A DNA stretch of 64,000 bases from NCBI GenBank assembly GCA_013265495.1, contig MU058919.1, forward strand, positions 1,488,001-1,552,000, given 5' to 3'. The position numbers and the translations under genes are program-made. Under the pieces are notes generated by a model that was given only the letters and a program-made list of their open reading frames with translations, was not told where the DNA came from and ran no database searches. The DNA comes from Vicugna vicugna. Its lineage: Eukaryota. This document shows, one piece after another, positions 36,871-49,325 of the stretch; the first letter of the stretch is position 1; each line of letters starts with the position of its first letter.

Positions 36871-37769
36871 TCTCAGCCAGCCTGCTCCTCAGCCTCCTGA
36901 CAGACTTGAGGTCTCCTTTCCATCTGCTCCTTTTTAATCTGGCCACTGAAAGCAGGGGCCACACTAACCATAAATGATTCGGAGAACACAGGACTGGGTG
37001 GACAATCTGCACATGTCTGGGTCATGACTGGTGACTTAACCTCCCACAGGCAAAGAGGAAGGTCAGTCCCTGGCCTCACCCAGCAGACTGTCCAGTGCAG
37101 GGGAAAGGCGCAGGCTAGCAGGAGCCCGGGGACGGGGCTTTGCTAGACATCAAACTGCAGAAAACACTGGTGTGTGTGTTTGTAGATGGGTATCCTACCG
37201 GGCAAATGCGGAGGTCTGGCCGTCTTCCATGCTGCCCCACACTGTGCCACCCCGGGACGTATCAGCACCAGAAGCCCAGGGTCACCTCTGCAAGGGTCCC
37301 AGGCCATAGAGCCCAGAACAGATGTCAGCCGGTCCCCTCCTGCCCACTGCCGCAACCCCAGCCCTATAATATGCTAACTGTGCTTCTCAAAGGCTGCTTT
37401 ACAGGGGGTCAGCCCCCGCGCAAGCCTGTGAAATGCTGCATTCTCCTCCACCCACTCTGGGAGACGCAAGTGTGTTCAGGCTCCAAGAAGCTCCCCTTAA
37501 TGAGGCCTGTTCAACTGTCTTGGAGCTTTGGAAACCTTCTGTACAAGCCCAGCAGAATCAGAGTCTACACAGCCCACCTCAGGAGACAGGCATGAAGGAG
37601 TTCGTGGGAGTGGGCCAGAGGCAGGGCTGCGGGGCAGGGAGGTAAAGGGCACAGGCAGGACTCCAGGCTGCATTCTTCACCTCCACCCACGCTCTCCGTC
37701 TCTGCCTAGAAAACCTCCAGCCTTCAGCCCCTGCTCCCTGTACCTCCCGAGTCTTTGCGGTGCCCTGGC

Positions 37770-38030
37770 TCAGACCACACTCCTAGCCAAACTGCCTGGG
37801 TTCAAATCCCATACCTGCCGGGTCTGGCTCTGTGGCCTGGGGCAAGTTATTAATCAAGTCCCTGCATCTCTGCAGTAACATGGCGTGACGATAACTATCT
37901 GTCTCATGGGGGTGACATGAGCATTAAGTGAGCTCAGACACGGGAGGCATTTAGAGTGGCGCCCAGCGCACAGCAAGTGTTGGAGAAGCGCCTGCAATTT
38001 CATTATTGTCGCCCGGTCCCTCCCAGGGAC
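37770..38030 (+). mobile_element. Near full-length MIR
   Basis: ctgcctgggttcaaatccc...gggcaagttattaa...gcattaagtgag...cagcgcacagcaagtg. Confidence 0.85.
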
Positions 38031-38269
38031 CCCAGAATTCTCCTGGGACCTCAGTTTAGCATGTGCCTCATCCCGGCTAACAACTTACACGTCTGTCTCT
38101 CCCAGGCCAGGACTGGGGCTGATGCACACCCCCTAACCCCCAGGATCGTGCATCCAATTGGAGCTCAGCTTAAGTTGCCAGGACTTAGACAATATGTACA
38201 GCCGGTGAAGCTAAAATTCTCCTTTGGAAAATTGTGACCCACCTTTCAACCCCCAAGCAGCAAAAAGTC

Positions 38270-38800
38270 TTCCTGCTCCTCGGCCGCAGATATCCTTCAT
38301 GTCTGCGCAGGGGTGCCCGGGGTACGGCTGCCCCCGCGGACGAGGTGGGAAGGAGAGGACCCCCAGCGGGGCGGCTCGCTCTCCCCTCACCCCTCACTCC
38401 TGTCTCCCATCGCCAGCTTCTGAGCAGGGCCCACGCCGACAGCACTGGTGGAAGTGGCTCTTGGTTGTACTAAGAACTTTCCGACCACATTCCTGGGCCG
38501 CGGGCCGCGGCCTCCTGGCTCTGGTGCCTGCGGATTTCTCAGGCGTGGGGCGGCCTCAGGCCTGGGACAGGCCGGCCTCTGTTGACTGAGTGCGAGGTGG
38601 AGAGCAGGATAAAAACCACGGCCATCTGAGGCTTTTAAACGTCAGAGCCAACCATCCCACCCTTATTTTCACAATGCTGTTCCAAAACCACCTCGTCGGG
38701 CCAAGTTCTGTTACCACAAAGTTAATATCCTCTAGCAACTTCCGAGTTGGTTGTCCGCCTCGGGGGCTGGAACGCATCTGGCCAGCAGAGAGACCTCTGG
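38270..38800. promoter_or_regulatory. Intragenic CpG-rich patch
   Basis: Dense CpGs (cggccgc, cccgcggacg, gggccgcgggccgcgg) by eye, followed by an AT-richer motif block. Confidence 0.45.
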
Positions 38801-39408
38801 ATCCCCGGCCAGGGTGAACTCTCTAGGGGTTGGTCTTGAATGATGAGAACCCCCGGGGCCGCCCCTGCAGTTTGGGTCTGAGTTTTGTTCTACTGTCCTG
38901 GGTGGAACAGCCCTACCAAAATTCTTCGAGGAACAGGAGAAAATTAAGGGAGGAAGTGAAATCAGAAGGAAAGGAACACTCCTCGCTTTAGCCCACATTC
39001 TCCAAGGATGGCTACGCTGGGACTGGACACGCAATCCAGCAAACGCTTCCAGAGCAAGGCCACTGGGAGAACACGGTTTCATTTTAAAAAGGCATCGTGC
39101 CTTTGTGCCCTGAGATACGCGGAGCAACTCCTGGCACCAGGGCCCCGGTGAGCCAGAACTCAGGCTCCGGCAGCTCCCGCCAGCACCTCCTCCTCATTTG
39201 CCAATTGAGGAGCGCAGGAGAGCCGCAAAGGGGCCCAGGCTGGGCTCGGCAGAGCCTGAGACAATCAGGCAGGCCACGTGACATCACCCCCACATTCCTG
39301 ACCGCCAGGATCACGGTGCCCAGCCCTTTCTAGGACTCGCTCTCTGAGAAATCGCCAAATTCAAGTTGCTTTCCAAATGCAGAAACTGAGGCACGGGGCC
39401 ATCTATAT

Positions 39409-39560
39409 TAGGGGCTGGTAAAATTCTCTTAAAAGGCCCGACAGTAAACATTCTCAGTTTTGAGAACCACGTGTCTCTCTGGTAGCACGAAAGCAGCCGC
39501 AGGGAACAGTACACAAACAGGCAAGGCTGTGTGCCACTCAAGCTTTATTTGCAAAAAAGG
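39409..39560 (+). mobile_element. MER58A-like hAT-Charlie MITE
   Basis: aaaggcccgacagtaaacatt...gtagcacgaaagcagcc...ggctgtgtgccactcaagctttatttgcaaaaa follows the remembered MER58A consensus. Confidence 0.8.
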
Positions 39561-40689
39561 CTAACAGTGGTTTCCCGACTCTGATATACATGGTTTGAGG
39601 TGATGGCTGTCACCACTCCTGGAAGACACTGGACATAACTGCAGAGTTCCACTGAACCCCCAGGGGCCTCCTCAGCAGAGATCTAGTTAGAATATTGAAT
39701 CTATCATTATAAAACGGTAAGTAACATCCTATATAGAATTCAACAGACGCTGGGCCTTGGATCCCCCAAGGTCCTGCTCTGTGACAAGGGTGGCCTCTCC
39801 TGCCCCTCCCAGCACAGGCACAGGGCTGAGGGTCAGGGGAGGCCCAGGCAGAGAGGGGCTTGTGGCTCCTCTCTGTCCCACCTAAAATCACAGAGGAAGG
39901 AGAGAGGGGACCAGCGGACTAGAACGAAGGCAAGTCCAGCTGCCCTGGACGTCCAGCCTCCAAAGAGGCCCAACAAGAATTCCGCAACCTGGGGTGAGGC
40001 CCACGCTGGGCCTGCGTTTTCCTTTTCCCTGCTGGCCAGCTCTGGGCCAAGCCTACACGGCAGGGTCTCTCTAGGGCCCGGGCAGTCGGGAAGGTCCGTG
40101 AAGGGAGGTGCCCTTCATTTCCTCCACTCCGGCCCCTCGTGCTGAGCCTCAGGCACTGCTTCAAAAGCCTGGGGCTCCTCATGCAGGTCCCTGGGCTTCA
40201 TCAAGGCCACCATTAGTGCCCCCACTTAGGCACTTGCTCAGTGCCATGACTTCGATCTGAAGTTTCAGATTTCGGTAATAATCCAATTTTAGCCTACTTC
40301 ATCCAGAATGGTGACAACTGTCACTTCAGACAGTCTAGACAGCTCCAACAGCTGGCAGAGCAGGGACCAGATCGGGCCTTCCTGGTGATGTTACATGAGA
40401 TCCCAGCTGCCACTCCAAGACTGGGTACTGACCCCTGAGCCTAGCCACTTCTCTGTCCTCAGAGCCTTACGTGTCCAGGTCCGATCTATCCCACCAAGGA
40501 CCCACCATAGCCAAGGAGGGAAGACTCGCTCCTAGCCAATCCTCAGCTCCATGACCCCTGCCTCCACTGCCCCTGACCCCTGTGTGGACGCCTGAGATGA
40601 TGGCATGGGCCTGGCACCCCAAGGCCTGCCTTGGCCCCCTGACAAGGAGTAGAACAAGCCTGGACCTCAGAGCCCTGCCACACCCAGCC

Positions 40690-40790
40690 ACATGAGCTTG
40701 GCTGCCACTCTGAACCTCAGTTTCTTCTTCTGCAAAATGGGAACAGCAATCCTCACTTTCCAGGATTGTAATAAAGACAACATGTAACTA
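40690..40790 (+). mobile_element. MIR
   Basis: ctctgaacctcagtttcttcttctgcaaaatgggaac. Confidence 0.8.
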
Positions 40791-41028
40791 CACAAACACA
40801 AGCCTTATCCCTGGTCCAGAGTGCAAGGGAGCATGGGGACACGCAGGCCCAGTGTAAGTGCACTGCCACACGTGGCAAGAATCATCAGTGTTATCATTTA
40901 CATGTTGACCAAAGTTTCAAGGAGTGGGACCCAGGCCACATGAGGTGGAGGGCTCTGGCGAAGGGTTCTCAACATGAACCAAGCTGTCCTCATTCCTGAA
41001 TAGAAGGGACAGTGTGGGCAGCAGGATG

Positions 41029-41067
41029 ACCAGGCAGGTGACCCAAACCAGGCAGGTGACCCAAACC
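41029..41067 (+). repeat. Perfect 18-nt tandem duplication ACCAGGCAGGTGACCCAA x2
   Basis: Copies at 41029-41046 and 41047-41064. Confidence 0.95.
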
Positions 41068-43313
41068 CCATGGTCTCACTGCTCAGGAGTGTGGCCTCTG
41101 GCTTTCTTGGCTCTTAAGAGGGAAAAAAGAAGCCATTTCTGACTCAGTTCACTTCCTTAAAGGCAAATTTGGTCATCCTCTTTTTTCCTGATTAACTTCG
41201 CTGTCTGCTGAGGGAGAGGGACCGCTCACCTGAGGGGCCTCACAGGGGTCAAGTCAGCCAGCAGGCACCCCCGCCCAGTCTGCACCAAGCCGTAGACTCA
41301 CAGGTCTGTAGGAACCAGGCAAGGAATTCCCTGAAGTCTCTGGGCCCAAGCGGTTCAGCCTGCATGGCTCCCAGCCCCGCCTTCTCCACCAAGGGCCACC
41401 AGATATAGGAACACAGCCTTCTCTCCCTGCCCTGGGGTGCTCCCTGCACCCCTGCCCCTAGCCAGACTCAGGTTCCAAACCCCACCATCCTGTTCATCCT
41501 GTCCTTGGCTCCCCACTGCACAGAATAAGGCCCCAGCTCTCCAGCTGGCTCTCAGGCCTGTCACGCTCCATCCCAGCCACGATCCAGCCAAACAGGTTAG
41601 CTTCTTGTCCTGGGATCATCTTTCTGCCATGTCTCTCCTCTCCACTCCAGCTGAGGCGCAGCCTGAGCTGTGGCTGGCGCACCATGCCCAGGCCCACCAG
41701 AGAGCTTCTCTGCACCCCCGCAAAGGGGCCGAGCCCTGTACACGTCAGGGAGAACCCACCACGTGCCCACGGTTCCTACGGCCAGACTCCCGGAACGCTC
41801 GGGCGAGGGCACCAAGTGTCAGTGCGTGTCTGTCCCGCCTTCATCTTCTTACTGAACCCCAGCAACGGCCACCGTGGATCCTACCTAACAGGTAAGGAGA
41901 ACGAGGCTCAGAGGGCAGAGCTGCGAGTGCTAGTCACACTGCCCAGGTTTCCGTGTGACGATGTGTCCATGTTGCAGCCTCCAGAAGGCCAGAGCTGATG
42001 GTCCTGTCTACTGCTGCAGCCTGGGAGCCCACAGGGGCTGACACACAGCCGGTGCTTGGTAAGCGGTGGCCGAATGGAGGGACGAGTCCAGATCCTCGGA
42101 GGACACGACCACTCCATCGGCTTGGAGCTGGCGGCATTGACGCGGTGCTCCCACCTGACCCCTCTGTCACCTGCAAGCTCCTTAAAGGTAAGCACAGGGT
42201 CTCACGCACGCTGGTCTCCCCCGCGGCCCCGGTTCAGGCAGCTGTACACAGCTGGTACTCAGTCAATACGTGCTGATTTGAACCAGCTCACAGCGTCGTT
42301 GCTGCCTGGAGTCTGAGGGCCTAGAAGTTTCCCGTGGTGGGCGGGGTTATGTTTGAAGTTCCCAGGCTGTTGCAGCTGTAGGCCCCACCTTCCTGTAAGC
42401 CTCTCCTGGCAGGGGGCACAAACTAGAACCACAAATAGAACTTTCCAGAAAAACTGTGGCTAGGAGGCTGCCATGCCCCAAGGACAGGACAGCTCTGGAA
42501 CAACATTCTGCCTCGGCTGTTCCACACCTGCCCTGGCACTGCTCTGGGATCAAGCTCATTGCTTGAGTTCTGGGTGACGCGTGGCCCACCACCAAGGGCA
42601 GGGCCTAGAACGGGTCAGCTGTGCAGGGCCTGGCTCACGTGCTTGCTCGGGGGGCGTATGGGTACAAGTGCACCACCCAGTCATCGAGTGCAGAAGTGGC
42701 CCAGGGCTTGTGGCACCACAAAGCCTATCTCGGCACCCCCACCCAGACACCGCGAGAAGAGCCAGCCTTGCTTCCTCGTTACACCCCAGCTACTGCCACC
42801 CCTCTCCCCCAGCCCTGCCCTGGCCACACACCAGGAACAGCAAGCAAAGTGGGGCTGAAGATGTCCAGTAACTTTAGTAGGAAAAGAACACCCTAGAGAA
42901 GAAAGTGGGCTCTCAGAATAAGGGCGACCCCTTCCCCTCCCCGACCACAGGGGTCACAGCAGGTGACCAGGATGTCCAGGTTCCGTGAGAGAGCTTCCAA
43001 ACAGTCCATCACTCAGGCCTCCCAGGCTTGCTCTTCCCTGACGCTGGTCCTCGGGTAGAGAGAGCAAGCCCTGCGGAACCCGCACGTCAGAGCAAGGCCT
43101 CTCGCCAGCTCCTCCTTTACTGGCCGGCACTAGGGCCTCGCGCAGGACAGGGTCTGAGTAAGTGGCAGAGCCGAGCCACTCAAACCACGGCTGAGTCCTG
43201 GTCCCAGCCCTCATATCCACACCCCAGAGCCTCCCTACCTGCCTGCCTGCCTGTGCTGTGAGCTCCAGGGGCTGACGGCTCAGCCACTTAATGCAATGTG
43301 ACCTTGGGCAAAC

Positions 43314-43590
43314 ACACTGTCCACTACAGGAGCCACCAGCCACGTGAAGCCACTAAGCACTGGAAATGAGGCCAGTCTAAACTGAGATGTGCTACAAATG
43401 TAACACATGCCCCGACCTTGGAAACTTCGTATAAAAAAGCACGTATCTCATTAATGATTGATTTCTTTTGATTGCATGTTGAAATGACAGTGTTAAATAA
43501 AAGATATTATTAAATTAATTTCACCTGTTCCTTTTTTCTTTTTAATGTGGCTGCTAGAAAATTTAAATTTCTGTAGTTCACATCTGTTTC
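43314..43590 (-). mobile_element. MER33-like hAT element inserted into a plus-strand MIR
   Basis: ccagccacgtg...aagcactggaaatg...ctgagatgtgct...attaatttcacctgtt...taatgtggctgctagaaaatttaaa. MIR halves lie on both sides (gtgaccttgggcaaa before; cctctaaaatgg after). Confidence 0.85.
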
Positions 43591-43944
43591 CACTGCATGA
43601 CTCAGTCACCTCCTCTAAAATGGATACGATGCACGCACAGGGCTGTTTTGAGGAGAACGTTCAGTAGATGAGTTCCTTCTGCAAATGTGCTGCCACCTCA
43701 CTTGCCAACAGTCAGCAGCCCCACAGCTGCTGCCTCTCATGCCACCTGTGTGGTCAGAGGCCACCCCCTGAGCCCCCTGGGTCCCCAGGGCTGGGCAGGG
43801 CCACCTGAGGGTGGAGTAGGGGAGCACCCGGCACTCCCCACCCTCTGCTCCAGCCTCCCAGCCCTTCCTCAGGCCTCCAGGCAGAGTGCTGCTTCCTTCA
43901 CTGGGCTCTCCATCACGCTAAGAACAATGACTTCAAGGTCACAA

Positions 43945-44165
43945 ATAACAATAAATCAAAAAAATCATAATGACGATAATGGTGACAACATCCATCCCAG
44001 GGCCAGGGTTCCCCGAGGGCACACCGTGCGCCAGGCCTGACCCTGGTGTTCTCACAAGTTCAATACTCACATCATGCAGAAGAGGACACAGGGGCCCAGA
44101 GAGGGACAGTGACTTGCCCAGTGCCACCCAGCTGGTGAGTGGTACACCAACACTCCATGCCAGGC
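43945..44165 (-). mobile_element. MIR
   Basis: gaagaggacacaggggcccagagagggacagtgacttgcccagtgccacccagctggtgagtgg. Confidence 0.75.
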
Positions 44166-47100
44166 CCATCTGGCCCTGGAGCCCAGAGCCCTCCCAGGAG
44201 AGACCCAGGCCAGGCCCGCCTCTCCACTTCCTGCCGTCCTAGCTTTGGGGCAGACGCAGGCGCACGTATTTGCCCACAGCTTCCCCAGCTGCATCATGCT
44301 GAAGTTCTGGCGTCTCTGCTGAGTGACAACCTCACACCATTTCAGGTGCCATCTCCTTTCTCTTGCCAAATGAGGAAAGCTGCACAATCAGCCCACATCT
44401 GCTAAAACGCCTGCCCCAAACACACTGCGCTGGGCCGCTTCTGCCCAGGTGGTTTTGTCCCCACAGAAAAGGGTCTTTTCATCCACTGGCTCCCCGCCTG
44501 CATACTCGTTCCCATTTGTATTTGCCATCTATTCTCGGAAAATTCCACTGTGCAACACTGTTCCAGATTACAGTGAGACGGAACTTCTCTAGGTGGATTA
44601 GGCCTGCTTAAAGCTGGTCCCAGCTATCAAGGGGCTATGGGGAGGCTGTGCTTGCCCAGAGTTGGAAGCAGTTAGAAGCATCTGGATGACTGTACCACAG
44701 CACTGAGTCCCGGGCAAGATCCGTCCTTCCACAGGGGACACATGATGCTCCAAGACAGAATGGGAGGACAAGAGAAGACGAGCCAGACGGCCCACGAGGG
44801 CCCTCCCCAGTCTCATTATCTCCCAGGGGTTCCCACATGAGAAAGAGGCAGACAAGAAGTCTGGGGTGACAGGGCGAGGAGAGCGCCTCATGTGAGCATG
44901 AGCACAGCCCTGGTCTGGCCGGGCCGCCTGCACAGCAGACCCTCAACGCCAACTTGCCCCTTATTTGTCAAGTCAGCCCAGTGAGGGCTTTGCTAGGGAT
45001 CTTCCTGCCGGGACACACAGGCCCACTCCTCATGCCTCCTCCCCCAACACCCAGGCGTGCCCATCATTTTGGAGGGAGAGCAGGACTCCAGGAGGGGAAG
45101 GAGACGAGGGCCCAGGGGCTGCATCCAGAACAGTCTGGCTCGGGGTTAGGGGGGTGCGGCCAAGCCCTGGGCTTGGGCAAGTGCAGGACTGGCTGTGACC
45201 CCCCTCTCCCACCTGCCAAGACGAGCCACTCACGATGAGGGGGGGTGGCAGGGGCCAGGGGCTTAGAGATCTTCCAGTAAATCACAAAAATGGGCATCAA
45301 AGGCTCTGGGTTGGGCACTAAGAGGATTACTCCAGATTGTGGACATGTCCATCTGCAGAATGTGACTGATACTTCCCGGGCACAGCCCCACGGCACAGCA
45401 GAGCAAACTGCAGGGCTGCTCCGCCTTGTGCTCCAGCCGTGTATGATGGAAGGACCTGGGACAGGACAGCCGGCCGCACTGCTCGGGCAGAGCTGAAGCA
45501 ATCTCCAGGGAGGCCCTGGTGCCAAACCACGGGGCTCCTGTAAGCCCCCGGTGCCCTGGTTTACGAACCAGAAAACTCACAGCTCAAGAAATGCGAAGTC
45601 TGTCCAAGGGCTAGAAGGATGAGCCTGTTCAGGCAGTCTGATGTTAGAACTTCAAGGCTACTTCATCAGGGTGTGGGCCCAGTGGGTACAATAAATAACA
45701 TCTATGCTTCCTGAGGCCATTCTGGTCAAAGCGGCCCGTGGTGAGAAGGCCACCGTCCCCGCCTCACCTCCAGGGAGCCTGACGCCTAGAGCCGGTCCCA
45801 GACCCGCCTGGGCCCGTGGTTCGCCAGCGGTGGCGAACTCACCCCAAAGGGGCCCTTCGGAGAGGCGGTGGCCCACGGGCTGTGGGCGCTGAAGAGTGGC
45901 CAGGGCTCCTGGCACCGCTCTGCCCCTGGGCAAGTGAGCAGGCAGCTAACACTCAATTTTCTTCCTTGAAGAGGAGGGAGAGGGTTCCCCCCAGGTGGCT
46001 GAGGGACCACACACCTGAGGGAGGGCCCCTGAACAAGCAACCCCCGCCCCTGCCACAAGCACAGGCCAGAACAGTTAGGGGTTAGGACCCCGATTCCCAC
46101 TGCTGCCCTCAGCCAGGTGGAGGCAGCTTCCAGCAGCAGCTGCCTCCATGATACCTGGTGTTCACATCTCGGCTTCTTGGTTCTTCAGAAACCTGGTTAG
46201 CAACTGTCCACACTGAACTCTCTGGACCTATGGGGTGGTTTCTGTCCCCTGCAGGGCCCCAGCTGATCCAGGGGGCCTGCCCCACTCTCCACGCACAGAG
46301 CTCTGGCAAGGGAACAGCTGCAGCCCCCCATGACCACCACCCACTCCATAAAGATTAAACGCATTACAGGACCTGCACTGTGTCAGGGGAGGGGCAGGGC
46401 CTGGTGGCCTTTAGTGACATATTACTGCTGTGAGCTCACTGCTGTGCTCACAAATGAAGCTTCTGGCGGTTGCATTATATTTTGGAACCAACTACTTCTT
46501 TTCCAAGACAGAAAAGAAAAGGCTACCCCTCCCTGTCCCCAGAAGGAATTACCCAAGGGCCCTACTATGCCAGACTTTCAAAGGAGGCACTGTTAGCCTT
46601 CTCGCCGTAAACAGGCAACTAACACCCACCCGAGTCCAGTCGAACCAAGCTCCTGCTGGCCTGGGGAGGCAGCAAAGGGCTTGCCCTCCTGCGTGGCGTT
46701 TGCTTTCTCTAGTTCTCGACTGTGGCCTGAAGCTGCAAGAAAGGGCGGTAACTCAGGATGGCTGATTCCGCAAAAATGTTATAGATAAATGGCTCCTGTC
46801 AACAGCGGACTCTATGTGATGCCACACTTAGGACAACGGAGACTTTTTGTAAAAGGCAAAACGAGCTTAATTTCACCCTGTGTGGGTGCCCAGGAAAGCC
46901 AGCAGTCTGCACGGGATAAAGGCACAGGCAGGTGCCCGGCATGTCGGCTCAGGGCCTGGCTCGTAATTAATCACACGTCCATCTCAGTGACCCCACTCCG
47001 TGCTTTCCTGTCTCCAGTCCCCCTGAGGCTCTCTCAGACCCACAGGCTCACCAAGGGCCTGGAGCTCCTTCCCGGAGGCATCAGCCCGACATCCCCAATA

Positions 47101-49029
47101 AGGAAGCAGGAGTAAGATAGGGAACGCTGACATCCTCCCCGCCCCTTCCCCTGCAGCCTTCCAAGCTGGGCTGGGGTCACTGGGCTCTGTTAGGAGATTC
47201 ACAGAGGCCACTGCAGGCCCCTCATTTTCTGGAGATGCTGCCTCAGCCATTGTAAACAGACCAGACGCAGGACAGCTGAGATCAGATCCAGCATGACAAG
47301 CCTTCAAAGCTGTCAGAAAATCCTCCTGCGGCCCCAGCCCGCCCCGGCCTTCTCCAGCCGAGTCCAGAATGGGGGCCCAGGGTCAAGTGCAGAAGGACAG
47401 AGAAGCTTCAGCAAAGGAGTCGGACACATGGAGACGGGGGTGACGAGGAAGGTAGGAATGGAGTTTCCACGGGGTGGGAAAGGGCAGCCGGGGCTGGCAA
47501 AGCACTCGTGTATAATAAGGGTTTGGAGGTGGGGCACCTCCGGTTTCAAGGACACTTGTGAAAACAAGTCAGTCATGGTGACGAGCTACACTTCACTTCT
47601 ACTGAGAAGGCGATCAGGAAGAAATACAGGTAAAGTGAGGGCTGCAGGCAAGAAAACAAGAGGGACTTACAATCAGCAAACTCTAAAAACAGGGTAGCTT
47701 AAAGAAAGTAACCTTTGGAAGTTAGGGTGATGGATTCTCAGCCCAGGGAGGTCTGTGGCTGGGGTGACTTGGAAGCTCATTGACAAGATCAACTCATTGG
47801 CTGGGCCTACTGGTCGCACCTCCAGAACGTCTGAGCCCCTAACAGGAAATCAATGTGTCCACTGCCCCAGCCCTGGTCTAGCTCACCGTCATGTCTGCCA
47901 ACAGCCTCCCGCCTCCCCCAGACCCCTCAGTCCATGCTGCTCCCTGAAGCCTGAAGGAGCTCTGGGGGAAGGGGGTGCTGTCATTCCCCTGCTTAAAACT
48001 CTCTACTGCTGCCCCTCTGCACTGCGGATAAAAGATAAGCCTCTTCAGAGGACCTACCAAGAAGGCCCACTGTGCTCAGGCCCCCTGGCGCCCTCACCCA
48101 CCCTGCTCCAGCCACGCTGGGGCTCTTCCCAGCCCCTTCCTGACTCTGACCTTTGCCGTCCCCCACACCCACCCCACCCACACTCTAATACTTAGCTCAA
48201 ATGGCTTATTTCTCTGGTCACACGATTCCAATGTGCTGTGAGAACATTCTGGAAACCTGGCCTCTTTTAAATGGTATCAGGGACCAGAGACGCCCAGCAC
48301 ACACAGCATCTAGGCAGGGCACTGACAGCCACACCAGGTTCCTGGTCATTCACTCTGCCACCCAGTGCAAGACTTGGGCCAAGATGCTCTGAGCTGCTAC
48401 AGGGAGCTGGAGGGGCTCCCATCTGAGCAACTGGCTTATGCACGAAGCAGAGGCCCCTGCTCCAGAAAACCTCGTGTATCCCCAGAGCTTCATGGCCTCA
48501 CATCTTCTCAAACACCCTTCAGCTCAGAAAGGCTCTCAATTAAAGCATGGAAAATCACCAAGTGGCATTAAAAGCTGCCTCCCTGGCATGTCCCTAGTTG
48601 AACTCCTTCTATTTTTCTTTTCCCTGGGAGATCAAAGCTATTGTGTCAACACTCGGCCCTGATCCGAGCAACCTTAAGCAGATAGCTTATGCAACCTGGT
48701 GGCTGTGCCTGGCGACAGCAAGGAGTGATGCAGGTGTTCCTCAGATTATGAGAACCCCCATCAGGTGGTTCCACGGTGCTAGTGACACACCTCTTTCTGA
48801 GAGAAGGGAAAGACTGGAGACGGCTGAAACTAGTCTCCCAGCCCCGGCCCCACCTGTTCCACTGCTGCAGGATCCGTGCCTTGCAGTGACACCGCCTGTC
48901 CCGGGGGTGGCGAGCCCAGCTGACCGCTGGAGCCCAGGAGATGGGCCACAGGGTGCGGCTCTGTTGTAAAAGTATCCACCCTGGGAAGACCCACACTGCG
49001 CGACTCCTCCCCTCACCCGCGAGAAACTG

Positions 49030-49325
49030 GAACCGTCATCCCCATTTCACAGACAAGAAAATGGAGGCTTACAGAGGGTGACTGGCCCGAGGGCCCACAG
49101 CTCAAAAGTGGCAGAATGGGGACCTGAGCCCCTCCGACTCCAGAGCTCACACTTTCACCTCTACACCCTCTGTCAGCCGCCTGGAAAGGGCGCCTGGGGT
49201 GGATCACGGCAGCAGGAGGGGCAGTGAACCCGGAGTCAGGAGGCCCGGGTTCCGGCCTTCCCAGCCTCCTCGGCAGCCACGTGGCTTTGGGCAAGTCACC
49301 AACTCCCTGGACTCTCCCCTCAAGT
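49030..49325. mobile_element. Two MIR fragments (minus ~49030-49140; plus ~49220-49325)
   Basis: atccccatttcacagacaagaaaatggaggc; ggagtcaggaggcccgggttcc...gtggctttgggcaagtcacc. Confidence 0.75.
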
